NCBI GenBank assembly: GCA_963711155.1 | Contig: CAVQDB010000004.1 | Coordinates: 336,486-400,485, forward strand | DNA from: an uncultured Armatimonadetes bacterium | GTDB lineage: Bacteria; Armatimonadota; UBA5829 | Direction: 5' to 3' | DNA: 64,000 bases | Shown here: piece after piece, positions 1-10,619 of the stretch | Position numbering within the stretch: position 1 is the stretch's first letter | Layout: each line of letters starts with the position of its first letter | The notes under the pieces: model-generated | Seen by the model: only the letters and a program-made list of their open reading frames with translations | Told to the model about the DNA's origin: nothing | Database searches by the model: none | Made by a program: the position numbers and the translations under genes

Positions 1-1982
1 TGCGCGCGCTCCACTCGGCATGGAACGTATCAGACTGAGCCTCATTTGAGAAGTCGTCGGAGTAGATGCCCTTCTTGGTCTGAGCGTCTCGGTTCTGCAG
101 GTCGTTGTTCATCTGGTACTGCGCGTCGTTGTACTTCAGGTCCTCGATGTCCTGGATGATCGCGGTGGATCTGGTCCATCGTGATCCGCGTGAGGCCGAA
201 GTTGTGGACGGTCATCTCGACCGAGTTGGCCGGGCAGTCGACGCTGGCGAGAGCGAGGCTGCCTTCGGGCACAACAGGCAGCTTCGGGAAGTCCGACGCC
301 GCACCCTCTAGCCGCTTTATCTCCCCAGCCGTGGCGTAGATGATGTCCTTGCGACCGAGGTAGTAGTCGTAATCGATACTGCAGTTCGAGCCGTTGACGG
401 GATCACTGCCCACGCCGGTCTTGCCGAAGTTGATGATGCTCGCGTTGCCGGTGGCCATCTCCGGCACGGGCTGCGAGAGTCCGCTCGAGTTGGAGGCTGG
501 CGGATTTGAGGCTGTGGTGTCATCCGCGCCGTCGTCAATGTATGACGTGACCGCCGAGCCGACTTCTTTGAGCCTCCTGAAGCTCGTGCGTCCTGAGTTG
601 GGAGACGCGCGGTATATGCGATAGCCGGTTGCGCCAGTGATCGGCCGCCAGGAAATGAGGTTGACCTCGCCGGCACCGGTTTGACGCGAGACGACGCGGC
701 CGCTCAGGTATTCGGTTTCGCCCGACGCCGACAGTGCTGTGACTGTATAGAAGTATTCGCCTGCGGCGGCGTACCCTGCCTGGCCGAACCAACCGCCGTC
801 GACGTAGTCCGTGCCCTTGACGCATCTGCTTCACGTATGTCCAGCGGACAGTGTAGGTCGTGCCGATTGCGGGCTCGCTGCCCGTGCCAATCCAATCGAC
901 ATAGTTGCCGGACTGCTGCCAGTCGGTGCCCTCGACGAAGTCAGTCGCGCCCTGGCTGACCTCCAGGATGTCAACGACCGGGTTCGGCGCGAGCAGGTCC
1001 TCGCCGCCGCCGACCGATCCGCGCGTGATGTTGGAGACTATCTCGACTATTGCCTCCACTTGCGTGGTTTGCTTGAGCGGTCCGCAGTTCAGGGCATAGC
1101 TGCGCTGGCCGGTGACGTAAGTCTTCTGCTCGCCGCGAACGCTCTTGGTCGCGATGGACTTCGGTACGATCGTAGTGGTCGGCAGGTCCTTCTGAAGACG
1201 GAATCCCTGGATGTAAGCACGGCCGGCGTTGGTGATCGCCTTCACGCTCACGCCGTCATCTGAGCCGATGAAGCTGTCGAAGCCTTTGACGAGATAGCTG
1301 CCCGCCTGGTCGTATGTCCGCTCGGCAAGGTTGGAGAGCAGTGAGTTGAGCCCCTCGGAGGCTGCAAAGGAAAGCTGGTCCTCGGTGATGGACGCGACCG
1401 TGATGCGATTGCCGGGCAGCGTGCCCAGGAAGTCGCTGAGGTAGATGCTGGATTTCTCCTGCACCGTCGGCCGTCACGTCGCCCGGTCTCGCGGTCGAAC
1501 TTGTATATCGCGACGACCTTGCGTTCGGTTACGTTGTTGGGCAGGTTCTCGCCGCTCGTTTCGTGGTCCTTAAGCGAAAGGACCCACTTCTCCCGCTCTG
1601 CTGTCGGCTCCCCGGTCGCAGGGTTGATGAGCCCGGCATCTTGATTGTAGCCGTAGTTGTACTTGAGGAGTTCGATGTAGACGTAATCGAAGCCAGAGGT
1701 TTTCGCCGGATCGTACGTAAGAACTGCTCCAGGGATAGCCTCGATATGCCCGTCGATATAGGTGACGCCGGCCGAGATCGTGAGGACGTTTGCCGCGACC
1801 GACACGAGCAGGCCGGAGATGATCGCGCCTTCCTTGAAGAGCAGGTCGGTGATCTTCTTTTGCTCGTGAATCGCGATATCCTGCTGCTCGTTAAGCTCCG
1901 AATCCAGCAGGTCGCGATCTTGATGGTATCTCACCCGTTTGTAGTTTCTGGACGGGCCGAATGTGTCCCTGGAGATTGTCAT
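1..1982 (-). CDS. Tail-fibre / distal baseplate protein (N-terminus resembles DUF4815 family); 3' end runs off the window; at least 3 apparent frameshifts
   Basis: Track ORFs 1248..1982, 535..1464 and 42..467 read as one protein. MTISRDTFGPSRNYKRVRYHQDRDLLDSELNEQQDI... continues into ...SIYLSDFLGTLPGNRITVASITEDQL... and then ...ATGNASIINFGKTGVGSDPVNGSNCSIDYDYYLG. Each piece turns into Arg/Pro-rich nonsense exactly where the next frame becomes sensible (near 1490, 830 and 180). It is the last gene of the baseplate/fibre operon. Confidence 0.55.
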
Positions 1983-1992
1983 CTTCTCCTCC

Positions 1993-2526
1993 TCATATCT
2001 TGATGACCCCGACGAGTTCGACGCGCGTGTCGGAGGTCTTGTTGAAGTCGGGGATGTTCTTCACTTCGTAGAGATAACCCGGGGCAAGCACCTGCCCGTC
2101 CGGGTTGGTCGCGTCATGGAACACACCGCCTGCGGCATAGTCAGACTGCAGCCCATCGACGTAGGCCACGTTGCCGCCGAAGAAGCCATATTCCCGGATC
2201 GTGATACCGTTTGCCTCGCCCTCCTCGAACCGGAAGAAGACGCCAATGATATTGGTCTGCTCAGTGGTCTCGGAGTAATGGATGCCGTTTACCACAAGTA
2301 CACCTTCTGGATCCTCGACAAGAAACGTGCGCTTGTAGTGCTTTTTGCGGGCGCACTCATGCGTGAGGGCCGTCTGCTCTATCGTAGGCGCTGGCGGGTT
2401 CAGCGGATCGGCAAATGTGGCGTCGCCGTCGCCTATGGCGCAGTGCGTTATCCCATCGATTGGGTCGCCCATCAGCAGCCGCGCCGTGAGGACCCGACCG
2501 CTGGTTGTTATGAGTCCTAGGGACAT
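1993..2526 (-). CDS. Tail-collar fibre-like protein
   Basis: Intact 177-aa ORF. The N-terminus MSLGLITTSGRVLTARLLMGDPIDGITHCAIGDGDATFADPLNP resembles the phage tail-collar fibre N-terminal domain (P2 gpH-like / DUF3751) as I recall it. It sits in the fibre module. Confidence 0.5.
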   Translation of the reverse strand: MSLGLITTSGRVLTARLLMGDPIDGITHCAIGDGDATFADPLNPPAPTIEQTALTHECARKKHYKRTFLVEDPEGVLVVNGIHYSETTEQTNIIGVFFRFEEGEANGITIREYGFFGGNVAYVDGLQSDYAAGGVFHDATNPDGQVLAPGYLYEVKNIPDFNKTSDTRVELVGVIKI

Positions 2527-2535
2527 TGTTTTCTC

Positions 2536-3119
2536 CTACACTTGTATCACGTGGCTCTCCCGGAAGAGATAGACGTAGATTCTTTGCTTAACGTCGGTGT
2601 CCGACATCATCCGATGCCACACCACCTGAGCACAATCCGACGACCTTTCCGTCGCCTGAAAGACTGCGGTGCTGGCGTCCGGCCCGACGCATACCGGTCT
2701 GTTGATGATCAAGTCGAGGTCGGAACTTATATCCAAAGGCCGAACCACTAGCGACCGCACATCCAGTGCAAGACTCGCTTGCCCGGTCACAGCCGCTCGT
2801 AGGTCGGCCGTGACCTCCAAGCTTCTGACCACTTCGGCCGACACATCGACCGTTCGGGCAATGGTTCGAACGCTGCTCGTAGCCTCCGGCAACTCAAACA
2901 CTGCCGCCTTGTTGCGCAAGCCAAGCGTCCGGTGCGTGGGGATCAGCAGACCCCGAGTGAATGCTAGAGCAGTCTTCCTTCCCTTACGAACCGCCACGTC
3001 TCAGCCTTCCACGGATGGGATATGCCCGGCCCACGACCTTGGCCAGGGACCTGCGCACCGGCACAAGGTTCCCCTTGGTAACCAACACATCCGCTTTCTT
3101 GCTTGGTTTCGTCGCCATG
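2536..3119 (-). CDS. Hypothetical virion protein (1 apparent frameshift near 2995)
   Basis: ATG at 3119 follows GGAGTAGAAC. MATKPSKKADVLVTKGNLVPVRRSLAKVVGRAYPIRGRL hits a stop and continues in track ORF 2536..2997 (VAVRKGRKTALAFTRGLLIPTHR...). Confidence 0.4.
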
Positions 3120-3121
3120 TT

Positions 3122-4109
3122 CTACTCCTTCACCGCGCACCAGCCGGAGCCGGAGATGTTGAATATTCTATAAGTGCTGGAACCGAGATCGAGAATGTCC
3201 TCGCTATCACCCGCCGCCGTGCCTATTGCATAGACCTCGATGATCTCTCCCCGGAGTTCCTCGTAGGCAGATGAGTTCATTGCGGCAAGCCAGGGGAACA
3301 TCGCGACCATGCCGTAGCGCAAGTCGGGATCGCAATAGACGTTCATGCCGCCGTGCGCAGCACCGCAGCTGCCGTTCTGACCGGAAGAGCTTTGCCATCC
3401 ATCGAACCTGCTCAGCGCGTAGAACGTTCCTGGGCTTTGAGTTCTGCCGACGATGACCGGCTGCGGGTCCTCGCCCACTTTCGCGCCGCTCGCATAGCCG
3501 TTGACCAGGTTCGCGACGGTGATGGTGTTGGGCGTGGATTCCGTATCCCTGGCCGTGATCTGCACCCGCTCGATGTTCGCGTTGTCCTTGATCATATAAT
3601 AGGTGCCGGCCGTGAACAGCGAGGCGTCGTTCACCTGGATGACGACGTTGCTTCCCGCCGTGACTGCAGCCTGCGTAATCGCCACGGCTCCAGACCAGAA
3701 GCGCTTGATGAGACCGCAGTAGTGGGCGTAGTATGTCGAGGCGAGCTTCGTCACTATGAATATGTGGTCCAGGTCAGCGTATATCCAGTAGAGAAACGCG
3801 ATGTTATCACGCGTGGCAAAGGCGGTGTATTGGGCGTAGAAGGCATCCTTTACCGGAGTATGCGTCGTCGGGTTCCAATATAGAGCGGCCCGCACCGAGA
3901 TGATATCGGTATAGGAGTCGTTCAGGAACTGAAGGTAGATGTCTCTCATTGCCGGACTCGCCGCTGGAACTGACCACGAAATATGGCTGCGCCAGGCCCA
4001 TCTGGTCGTCATGCAGCGTCCATCCGCACATCGAGACCAGGAAGTCCTTAAGCTTCGCATGCATATCGGCCGTATTGTTTGCTGTCCCTGTTGTGCTGTG
4101 ATACGCCAT
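3122..4109 (-). CDS. Hypothetical fibre-module protein (1 apparent frameshift near 3950)
   Basis: ORF 3807..4109 (MAYHSTTGTANNTADMHAKLKDFLVSMCGWTLHDD..., RBS GGAGAACGAA) joins the sensible C-terminal two thirds of ORF 3122..4198 (...DIYLQFLNDSYTDIISVRAALYWNP...AVKE). Confidence 0.45.
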
Positions 4110-4118
4110 TTCGTTCTC

Positions 4119-4712
4119 CTACAGGATGGGATACTCGGTGCCGAGAATTCGCAACCGGACGTCGGTCTTGTTCTGCACAGGTGTTCCGGCAGGCACACTC
4201 ATCCGACGCCAGAATGACAGCTTGGTCGCGTGGGGTTTGTCACCGAGGATGAGCTGCGCGCCGGGCGTTGCCGAGTCGAGTTCGACCTGTGTCGCGGCAA
4301 GCGTGCACCAGGAAGACTCGTCGTCGCCGGCGGCATCGAGCACCTGCACGACAAGCCCGGTGTAGTCGTAGCCCGAGTAGACTTTGGTGCCGGAGCTGTG
4401 GCCGGTCGGAGTCGTGCCGCCGTAGCCGCGCTCGACGGTTAGGTCGGTCGTGCCTCCGCCGCTCAGGACTCTCATCTGCTCACTGCCGATGATGATCGCT
4501 TCTTCGTTCGTGAAGCGCGGCTCGGAGAGCTGAACACCGGTCTGAGACGAGTTCATTGCAGCGGCAAGAGCGGTCTGCTCATTCGCGACGAATAGCTCGC
4601 GGTCCTTGGACTCGCCATCAGTACCGTTGTAGATGTCCGAGTCCGGGTTGGCCATCGTGCCCTCGGATATCTGGTCGGTGAGATCCGTGTCTGTATATAA
4701 ATGTATGGACAT
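4119..4712 (-). CDS. Hypothetical fibre/baseplate-associated protein
   Basis: Intact 197-aa ORF, tightly packed between neighbouring genes on the same strand. No family recognised. Confidence 0.5.
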   Translation of the reverse strand: MSIHLYTDTDLTDQISEGTMANPDSDIYNGTDGESKDRELFVANEQTALAAAMNSSQTGVQLSEPRFTNEEAIIIGSEQMRVLSGGGTTDLTVERGYGGTTPTGHSSGTKVYSGYDYTGLVVQVLDAAGDDESSWCTLAATQVELDSATPGAQLILGDKPHATKLSFWRRMSVPAGTPVQNKTDVRLRILGTEYPIL

Positions 4713-4721
4713 GGCGTTCTC

Positions 4722-5768
4722 CTAGTCGGTCGGCCACTGCAGGACCGTATAAAGATTGGCAGCCCCGGTGAATCCTGCCTGAGCGAACGAGTACAAGTCT
4801 CGCTGTTTGAAGAGCACGTGGCAGGCAGGTTGCGCGTGATTGAACCTTGCCCTATTGAGAAGCTGCTTGCAGGTGCGCAAAGCGGTCCTCACGGGTCCGT
4901 GATATGATCCAGTGTTCACCTCGCATGTGAACACCGCCTTACCCTCGCTTATCCAGAGGTTCGCAAGGGCCTGGGAGTTGAGTGATCCACCGTTGAGTTT
5001 GAAGCAGGGAGTTCGCTTCAGCCACCGCAATACGCGCGTGCCGGCGCGCTCGATGTCCTGCATCAGGGTCGAATGGCAGGAGATCTGCCAGGCTCCCCAG
5101 GTCTTCTCCTTGTATGTGAGTTTGTAACCCGAGTTGAGCCGGTTGTGCCTGACCACGAACGTCTCGTGCAGGTGGCACATCATCACCATCTCAACTAGTC
5201 TGGCGAGCGTGGCCGTGAATGTGTCCACCCCTTCGAATGAACGCAGCCATTGCAGGAAGAAAGTCTTCACGCCTGCCGGGTGGTGCGGCGCGAGCGCCTG
5301 GCGCAGGCCAGGAACCAGGTTGTCGCATTCGACGCGATAGACTCCGAGGCTGTGGATGCGGCCGGGAAGCTTCGCTTCATTTACACGCGACCTCTTGTTG
5401 AGCCGGAGCGCTGGACGGAATGTCTCATCTGTCTTGCCTGCCCAGCCTATGTTGGTGAGTGAGCGCTCGATGGCTGGAATGCTGCCTTTGCGGCGATAGG
5501 ACTCTATCGCTTCCCGAATCTCCCGCCGCTGCGTGTCCGGATCGCGGGTGGGATCGAAGGAATATCCGACAACGGCCGAAAGCAAGGGGATGAACCTGAC
5601 ATCGCACCGGTCGATATCGAAGATGTCCGGCAGTCGGTCGATGAGATCCTTGAGTTCGTCAAGAGTGATCGCCGGCACGCGTAGGAACGCCTGGAGATCA
5701 CCGGTCGTGTCCTGCTCGCGGTAGATTGGCGGGAGGAGATCCAAGAGCTTGTCTTCGAAGTACGCCAT
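4722..5768 (-). CDS. Phage tail protein I (P2 gpI-like baseplate protein)
   Basis: MAYFEDKLLDLLPPIYREQDTTGDLQAFL...DRCDVRFIPLLSAVVGYSFDP...REIREAIESYRRKGSIPAIERSL matches the Tail_P2_I pattern (LLP..., wdpd, kR.li...hr.kGT). The ATG at 5768 overlaps the reconstructed stop of gene J (TGATG). The order is W-J-I, as in P2. Confidence 0.75.
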   Translation of the reverse strand: MAYFEDKLLDLLPPIYREQDTTGDLQAFLRVPAITLDELKDLIDRLPDIFDIDRCDVRFIPLLSAVVGYSFDPTRDPDTQRREIREAIESYRRKGSIPAIERSLTNIGWAGKTDETFRPALRLNKRSRVNEAKLPGRIHSLGVYRVECDNLVPGLRQALAPHHPAGVKTFFLQWLRSFEGVDTFTATLARLVEMVMMCHLHETFVVRHNRLNSGYKLTYKEKTWGAWQISCHSTLMQDIERAGTRVLRWLKRTPCFKLNGGSLNSQALANLWISEGKAVFTCEVNTGSYHGPVRTALRTCKQLLNRARFNHAQPACHVLFKQRDLYSFAQAGFTGAANLYTVLQWPTD

Positions 5769-7245
5769 CAGGTCGTCCTCCGAATGTCGAGAGTCACCTC
5801 GCCCAGCGCCGCGATCTGCCCCGGCTTCAGTCTCGATATCAGCCTGGGGCGCGAACATCGTTACATGGCTCACGCCCTGGATGCCGTCGATGCAGTGAGA
5901 CGATGTCGGAGAAGTACACCGGCTGACCGAATGTCAGCTTGTCGAACGAGAAGAAGGCCTGAACCGCTTGTTCGATCCGCCGGCGCACCGCTTCTGTGTC
6001 CTCGGTCTGATACACGTAGACTTCCGCGTCGATATTGATCGGGCGATAGCACGGGTCGAACAGGTTCACCTCGATAGTGATCACTTTGCGAGACTCAATG
6101 AACTCGGCAAGCTGCTGCTTCAGAAGCGGCGAAGGCAGACCGCCGCCGTTCGGCGCGACAGCCATGTTGACCTGGTAGTAGCGGATGTTGGCGCAGTCGT
6201 TTGCATCCATTACCTGAGCCTTGGCGACCCCAGGGAAGCCCTCGGCGAGAGCCTTGTAGTCGTCCTTCGTGACCGCCTTCCAGAGCGACCGCAGTTCCGC
6301 CGGAGCCTGCAGCTTCGCGTGATCGAGTGTTTCTCTGTCACAGCCGTTTGTTGCCGGGATTGGATTGGTAACTCGAACCTGCACGATCTGCCCGTCGTGG
6401 TACAGGGGAGTCAGAATGTCGGTCACAAGGTTCGTGCCGATGTTGCCAGCAGAGCCGAGAGTCTCAAGATACTCGACGGTGATCGTATCACCCGTAGGCG
6501 GGACTGCTCCATGGATGCCGTCGCCGAAGATGATCCATGTAACGTCCAAGCCGTCAGTCTCGGCCTGGAAGTGCTTTGAGTCCGGCGCGCTGTCGATGAA
6601 GAACCGAGTCTCTTCCCAGTTGGAGTCCCCAACGCGCACGCGCACACTTCCCTGAGCGATGCTGGTAGAGGTAAGCGCGAATCGCTGATTGCAGTCCCCG
6701 GTGGCTTCGAACTCCTCGCTCTTGCGGCTGCCCTGCCGGGCACCGACATCGACCGATAGATGGCCGCGAGGAATCACAGCGTCCTCGACTGTTTCGAACT
6801 CGACGTCGCCATCATCTAGATTTGCCCTGCACGCTGTGTCGGCGGGAATGGTGATATCTGAGCCGAGCGCGGTCGGGAGACTGAAACGCAGCGCGGTTGT
6901 CGCCGCAACCGGAGTGTCCAACCTGTAGTTGATAAGTTTGCAGAGATTGATGACGTTCTGCCGCTGGCGGGCTGTCGGCAGAAATGCCTCGGCGGCCTGA
7001 GCATCGAGATAGTACGCGAGCATATCCCCAACGCCGCAGAATAGCTCCAGCAGCACCACGCCGAGGTCGGACTCATTGAAGTCAGTCCAGCGGTCGGTTA
7101 GCTGCGGCACCCGGGCAAGCAGTTCCTGCCTGAGCGACTCATAGTCCTTGTTCGAGTATGAGATGCTCGCTCTACCCAACGGCCACTCTCCTTGCCTCGC
7201 TGTCGAACGATTCAGCCAGTTCCTCGCGGCAGAACGGCCAGACAA
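5768..7245 (-). CDS. Baseplate J-like protein (P2 gpJ / T4 gp6 family); 2 apparent frameshifts in the last ~120 nt; start uncertain (TTG 7245 or TTG 7179)
   Basis: ...ISYSNKDYESLRQELLARVPQLTDRWTDFNESDLGVVLLELFCGVGDMLAYYLDAQAAEAF... is typical of Baseplate_J. The tail is reconstructed as ...YFSDIVSLIDGIQGVSHVTMFAPQADIETEAGQIAALGEVTLDIRRTT. Confidence 0.8.
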
Positions 7246-7627
7246 GGTTGCCCTCGACCTGCGTGTCTATCACTCGATAGGAAATCCGCACCGGCAGCGC
7301 GTTCGCGTCCGTCACCTCCGGCGACTCATCAAACGAGACATCCGTGACCGTCACCCGCTTCTCCCAACGTTCGATTGCGTCGGTGATGTAGTGCCGCAGC
7401 AGTCCCTTGAGCACGTGGCTATTGGGCTCGAAGACCAGGTCACGCACGTGAGCGCCGAACTCGGGGTTCATTAACCGCTCCCCGGGGCGCGTGCCGAGTA
7501 TCTGCAGGATGCTCTCGTGGATGTGCGCGTGGTCCATCGATGTGATGGTCGATACCTGTGCGCCGCCGGATCGCCGTTGAAATGCGAACGGAAACCGAAG
7601 CCCTCTGCCGAGGAAGTCAGTGCTCAT
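7172..7627 (-). CDS. Baseplate wedge protein W (GPW/gp25 family)
   Basis: MSTDFLGRGLRFPFAFQ...IHESILQILGTRPGERLMNPEFGAHVRDLVFEPN...AIERWEKRVTV carries the classic GPW_gp25 motifs. Confidence 0.85.
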   Translation of the reverse strand: MSTDFLGRGLRFPFAFQRRSGGAQVSTITSMDHAHIHESILQILGTRPGERLMNPEFGAHVRDLVFEPNSHVLKGLLRHYITDAIERWEKRVTVTDVSFDESPEVTDANALPVRISYRVIDTQVEGNLVWPFCREELAESFDSEARRVAVG

Positions 7628-8379
7628 CAGTCAGGCTCCTCGCATTCGAAGCATGTTGGGCCATTGTTGGGATTGCTTTCACCGCCCGAATCCTCCGGAA
7701 ACCTGAACACAAGATCCAGCCCGCTTGAGAGCATGAGATGGATTGTTCCGTCGGACTCGATCATCCCGGCATGCCCGCTCCCAAGCGCTCGGAAGCTCTT
7801 CGCACCGCCGGAGATGCTGCGCGCCTGCACCTCTTCCCCGATGCCATAGATACGCGATAGGCCGAGCACGTCTATCGTGCCGCTCGGGTTCGCAACGGCG
7901 ACAGCCTTCTCGGATTGGTAGACATCGATGCGTGTCCCATCGGGCAACACGACCGTATACCTGCCCGGCGATGCAAGGACCGGCTCGACGCCGTCCGGCA
8001 GGCCCTCTATGCCGGCAGCCTCGTGCGTCACTTTGAATGCGTCGGAAACTAGCGATAGCTCACGGCCATCCGGAAGTGTCACTTTGCCACCAACCGGGGT
8101 GCCGACCGATACGGGCGTTCCGCCGTCGTCGATCACGCTCATCTGCCCGTCAGGGAACACCCGCAGGAACGCGCCGTCGGAGAACGCAAAGAGCCTGCCG
8201 CCGTCCGGCAGGTCGCGCATTGTCGTCCCGGCCGGCATCGACTCGAACGGGTGATAGTCGACAGGCACCGGCTCCTCGACCTGCCTGATGTACTCCTGCG
8301 CGCTCTGGGCGTGCGCGTCCAGTATCCGCTGAGCCTCAAGCCTCATCTCCTCCGAGAGGGCAAAGGTCTGCTCCATCAT
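7627..8379 (-). CDS. Hypothetical baseplate-module protein
   Basis: Intact 250-aa ORF (MMEQTFALSEEMRLEAQRILD...). Its start is coupled to the upstream gene and its stop overlaps the gene W start. It contains repeated PDG-containing segments. Confidence 0.5.
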   Translation of the reverse strand: MMEQTFALSEEMRLEAQRILDAHAQSAQEYIRQVEEPVPVDYHPFESMPAGTTMRDLPDGGRLFAFSDGAFLRVFPDGQMSVIDDGGTPVSVGTPVGGKVTLPDGRELSLVSDAFKVTHEAAGIEGLPDGVEPVLASPGRYTVVLPDGTRIDVYQSEKAVAVANPSGTIDVLGLSRIYGIGEEVQARSISGGAKSFRALGSGHAGMIESDGTIHLMLSSGLDLVFRFPEDSGGESNPNNGPTCFECEEPD

Positions 8380-8542
8380 GACGCGTATCGCATGCAGATC
8401 GTCTCGAATCCGCCAAGATATGGCGTGCCGGTCCGGTAATGCACGAGCCCTTGTGGAGGACTTCGGCCAGAGCCATCAGCTCGTAGTGGTTCTCCGAGGA
8501 GCTTGTTTGTTCCACTATCAGGGGAATCTCGACCAGAACCAT
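8376..8542 (-). CDS. Small hypothetical protein (1 apparent frameshift near 8425)
   Basis: MVLVEIPLIVEQTSSSENHYELMALAEVLHKGSCITG then shifts to ...TPYLGGFETICMRYAS, whose TGA overlaps the ATGATG start of the next gene. Confidence 0.3.
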
Positions 8543-8554
8543 AGGTCCTCCCGG

Positions 8555-8839
8555 CTACGCCACCTCTATCTCGGCGGCCACGACTTCGACCTGCACGTAG
8601 CGAACACTCGTCTTTGCCTCGGAATCATAGACCAGGATCATCGTCGCGCCGGCAACGTGCCGAGCATGCACCCGACCGTTCGGGATGACATCAGCGATCC
8701 ACGGCTGCACGCTCTCGAACACCGGCTCGCCGCCTAGGTCGCCCCGGATCGAAAGAGGGATTATCACGTCCATCGCGTCCTGAGTGACCTTTATAGACTT
8801 GGGATAGACATCCCAGTACGGAACCTGCGTTTCTGCCAT
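8555..8839 (-). CDS. Hypothetical protein
   Basis: Intact 94-aa ORF in the operon, directly downstream of the PAAR gene. Confidence 0.4.
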   Translation of the reverse strand: MAETQVPYWDVYPKSIKVTQDAMDVIIPLSIRGDLGGEPVFESVQPWIADVIPNGRVHARHVAGATMILVYDSEAKTSVRYVQVEVVAAEIEVA

Positions 8840-8847
8840 CTGCTACC

Positions 8848-9114
8848 TCAGCTATCGATTGTGTTCAGACTGCCGCCGACAATCACCGCGCCGCAGCCGG
8901 TTATGTCGCCCATCCTCGCGTTGGGCCTGCCGTCAGTGGTCGTGTTCAGACTGCCGGTGACGATGGGCGTCACGCCGTGATGCGGCATTGGGCAGACGTG
9001 CATGTCACCCATCCGCGCTGCCGGTCTGCCGTTCACCATCGTTGTAAGCGAGCCGGTGATGATCGTTCCGCCGTGACTGGACATATCTCCGAGCCTTGCC
9101 TGCGGTCTTGCCAT
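8848..9114 (-). CDS. PAAR-domain spike-tip protein
   Basis: MARPQARLGDMSSHGGTIITGSLTTMVNGRPAARMGDMHVCPMPHHGVTPIVTGSLNTTTDGRPNARMGDITGCGAVIVGGSLNTIDS contains three PAAR-like repeats (GD...G.I..GS..V..NG.PAAR.GD). Confidence 0.85.
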   Translation of the reverse strand: MARPQARLGDMSSHGGTIITGSLTTMVNGRPAARMGDMHVCPMPHHGVTPIVTGSLNTTTDGRPNARMGDITGCGAVIVGGSLNTIDS

Positions 9115-9116
9115 CG

Positions 9117-9494
9117 TCAGTGCCTCGCGAAGTAGTTGATGATCGAGCTGATGACGCCGCTCAGGATCCCGCCGACAGCGACCATGAGGCCGACGACTTT
9201 CCACATCGTCTCGACACCGACCTTGCCTTCGAGGTCCTTGTGCAGGCCCTTGATCTCGTCAGCGTGCCGCTCGAGCTCGTCGTTGATTCCCCGAACGATA
9301 AGGTCGACGTTCTCCTTGTCGCTCTTCTTCTCGATCTCCCGCTCGATGCGCTCAAGCCGGCCCTGGATGTCGCGCCGATGCTCCTCAAGGATCGTGCGAA
9401 ACTCCGCGCGCCAGGCGTCGAAGGTCTTCGCAAGAAGCCTCTCGCTCTCGACCCAGCCGCACTTGCCCGGTCCCTGGCATTCGTTCTCAGCCAC
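9117..9494 (-). CDS. Hypothetical coiled-coil protein with C-terminal TM helix
   Basis: GTG start after GGAGGAAAAGAGA. VAENECQGPGKCGWVESERLL...RLERIEREIEKK...WKVVGLMVAVGGILSGVISSIINYFARH. Confidence 0.45.
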   Translation of the reverse strand: MAENECQGPGKCGWVESERLLAKTFDAWRAEFRTILEEHRRDIQGRLERIEREIEKKSDKENVDLIVRGINDELERHADEIKGLHKDLEGKVGVETMWKVVGLMVAVGGILSGVISSIINYFARH

Positions 9495-9513
9495 TCTCTT
9501 TTCCTCCACTTCC

Positions 9514-10619
9514 TCACGGGTTGATGAGCACCTTTCCGCTGGAGCGGACGATGACATGTCCCATCGCCCCGTCCATCGTGAGCTTGCTTCCCGCCTTGTC
9601 CGTCACCTGAATACGCTCTCTGCCGGATGCCGCGCTCAGCACAAGAGCCTGCCCGGCCTTGTCTGTCAGCCGAACCTGCTCCTTGCCGGCCGCGGAGCAT
9701 ATCTGAATCTCCTGAGTCCCGCCCAGGCCCCAGAGATGGATGGTCTCGTGGCCCTTGGTGGTGTCGATCAGTATCTTCTGCCAGCGGGAGCGCGTCTTGT
9801 CCGACGACTGGATGTGAATCTTCTCCTTGTCCTGCCACGCTTCAAGCCGCAGGAACTGCCGGCAGGCGTCCGTTACCTGAACAAACGCTTTGTTGCCTTT
9901 GATATCGCGCGCGATATCGATCTGTTGACCGCCCGGACCAGCACCCGCTTCGCCGTCTGTTTGGCCTGCTTCAAAATCGTGCGTCCCACGCCGCCGAGTA
10001 TTCTCACTCTGAACCTCCGCCTTGACCGGACAGTGCATGTGCAGGATCTGCCCGGCCCGGTCGATGATCTTCAGGAACTCCTCTTCATCGCGATCATCCA
10101 TCACGATGGTGTGGCCGGTCTCGGTCTTGACCAGCACCTTCCGACGCGGGCAGTAGTAAGGCGGGTGAGCGTGATACTTGCGATGCTCAAGGTTGTCCGC
10201 CGCAGTCCGACGCATGCTCCGCCTTGTCCTCGCAGTCCCGGCACGTCGCCGAGGAGCACAGCCGCTTCGACTTCCTCGGGCTGTTCGCCCGGGTTGCTCA
10301 TCGCGAGCCATACGCCGGTCCAGATGGGATACTGCGGATCGCCGCCCTCAAACTCCGCCCAGACGCTTGCGCCCTCTTCGGGCACAAGGAACATGCCGAT
10401 GTCATCGTTGCCGCCGTAGGGAAAGCACGGCCACGCCCAGTCCGACCAGTTCTCCTTGCCGACCCCGAGTACTGCAGGCACTTCCAACCTACATCTGCCC
10501 AGTCGCTCGGGGTCGTTGTTATCACGCACGAAGGCGCGGTACTTGCCGTACCATTTGTCTTTGTAGCGCTCTTCGTGCTGCTGGTCCTGGAACTCAAGCA
10601 TGGCCTGCCCTAGCTGCAA
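9514..10619 (-). CDS. Baseplate central spike (gpV / gp5 / VgrG-like OB-fold); at least 2 apparent frameshifts (10200-10270)
   Basis: ...YRAFVRDNNDPERLGRCRLEVPAVLGVGKENWSDWAWPCFPYGGNDDIGMFLVPEEGASVWAEFEGGDPQYPIWTGVW is the Phage_base_V signature. The C-terminal beta-helix-like part lies in ORF 9514..10311 (...KVLVKTETGHTIVMDD...HVIVRSSGKVLINP). A Cys-rich linker (CSSATCRDCEDKAEHASDCGG) sits in a third frame. Confidence 0.85.

Noticed and set aside
1-4712. Possible diversity-generating retroelement targeting the fibre genes
   Set aside because: No reverse transcriptase gene and no template/variable repeat pair could be seen in the window.
9136-10419. 427-aa plus-strand ORF, the longest plus-strand ORF in the baseplate region
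   Set aside because: It is antisense to the clearly identifiable PAAR, coiled-coil and spike genes. Its composition is Ser/Arg/Pro/Leu-rich with no motifs. This is a typical high-GC shadow ORF.
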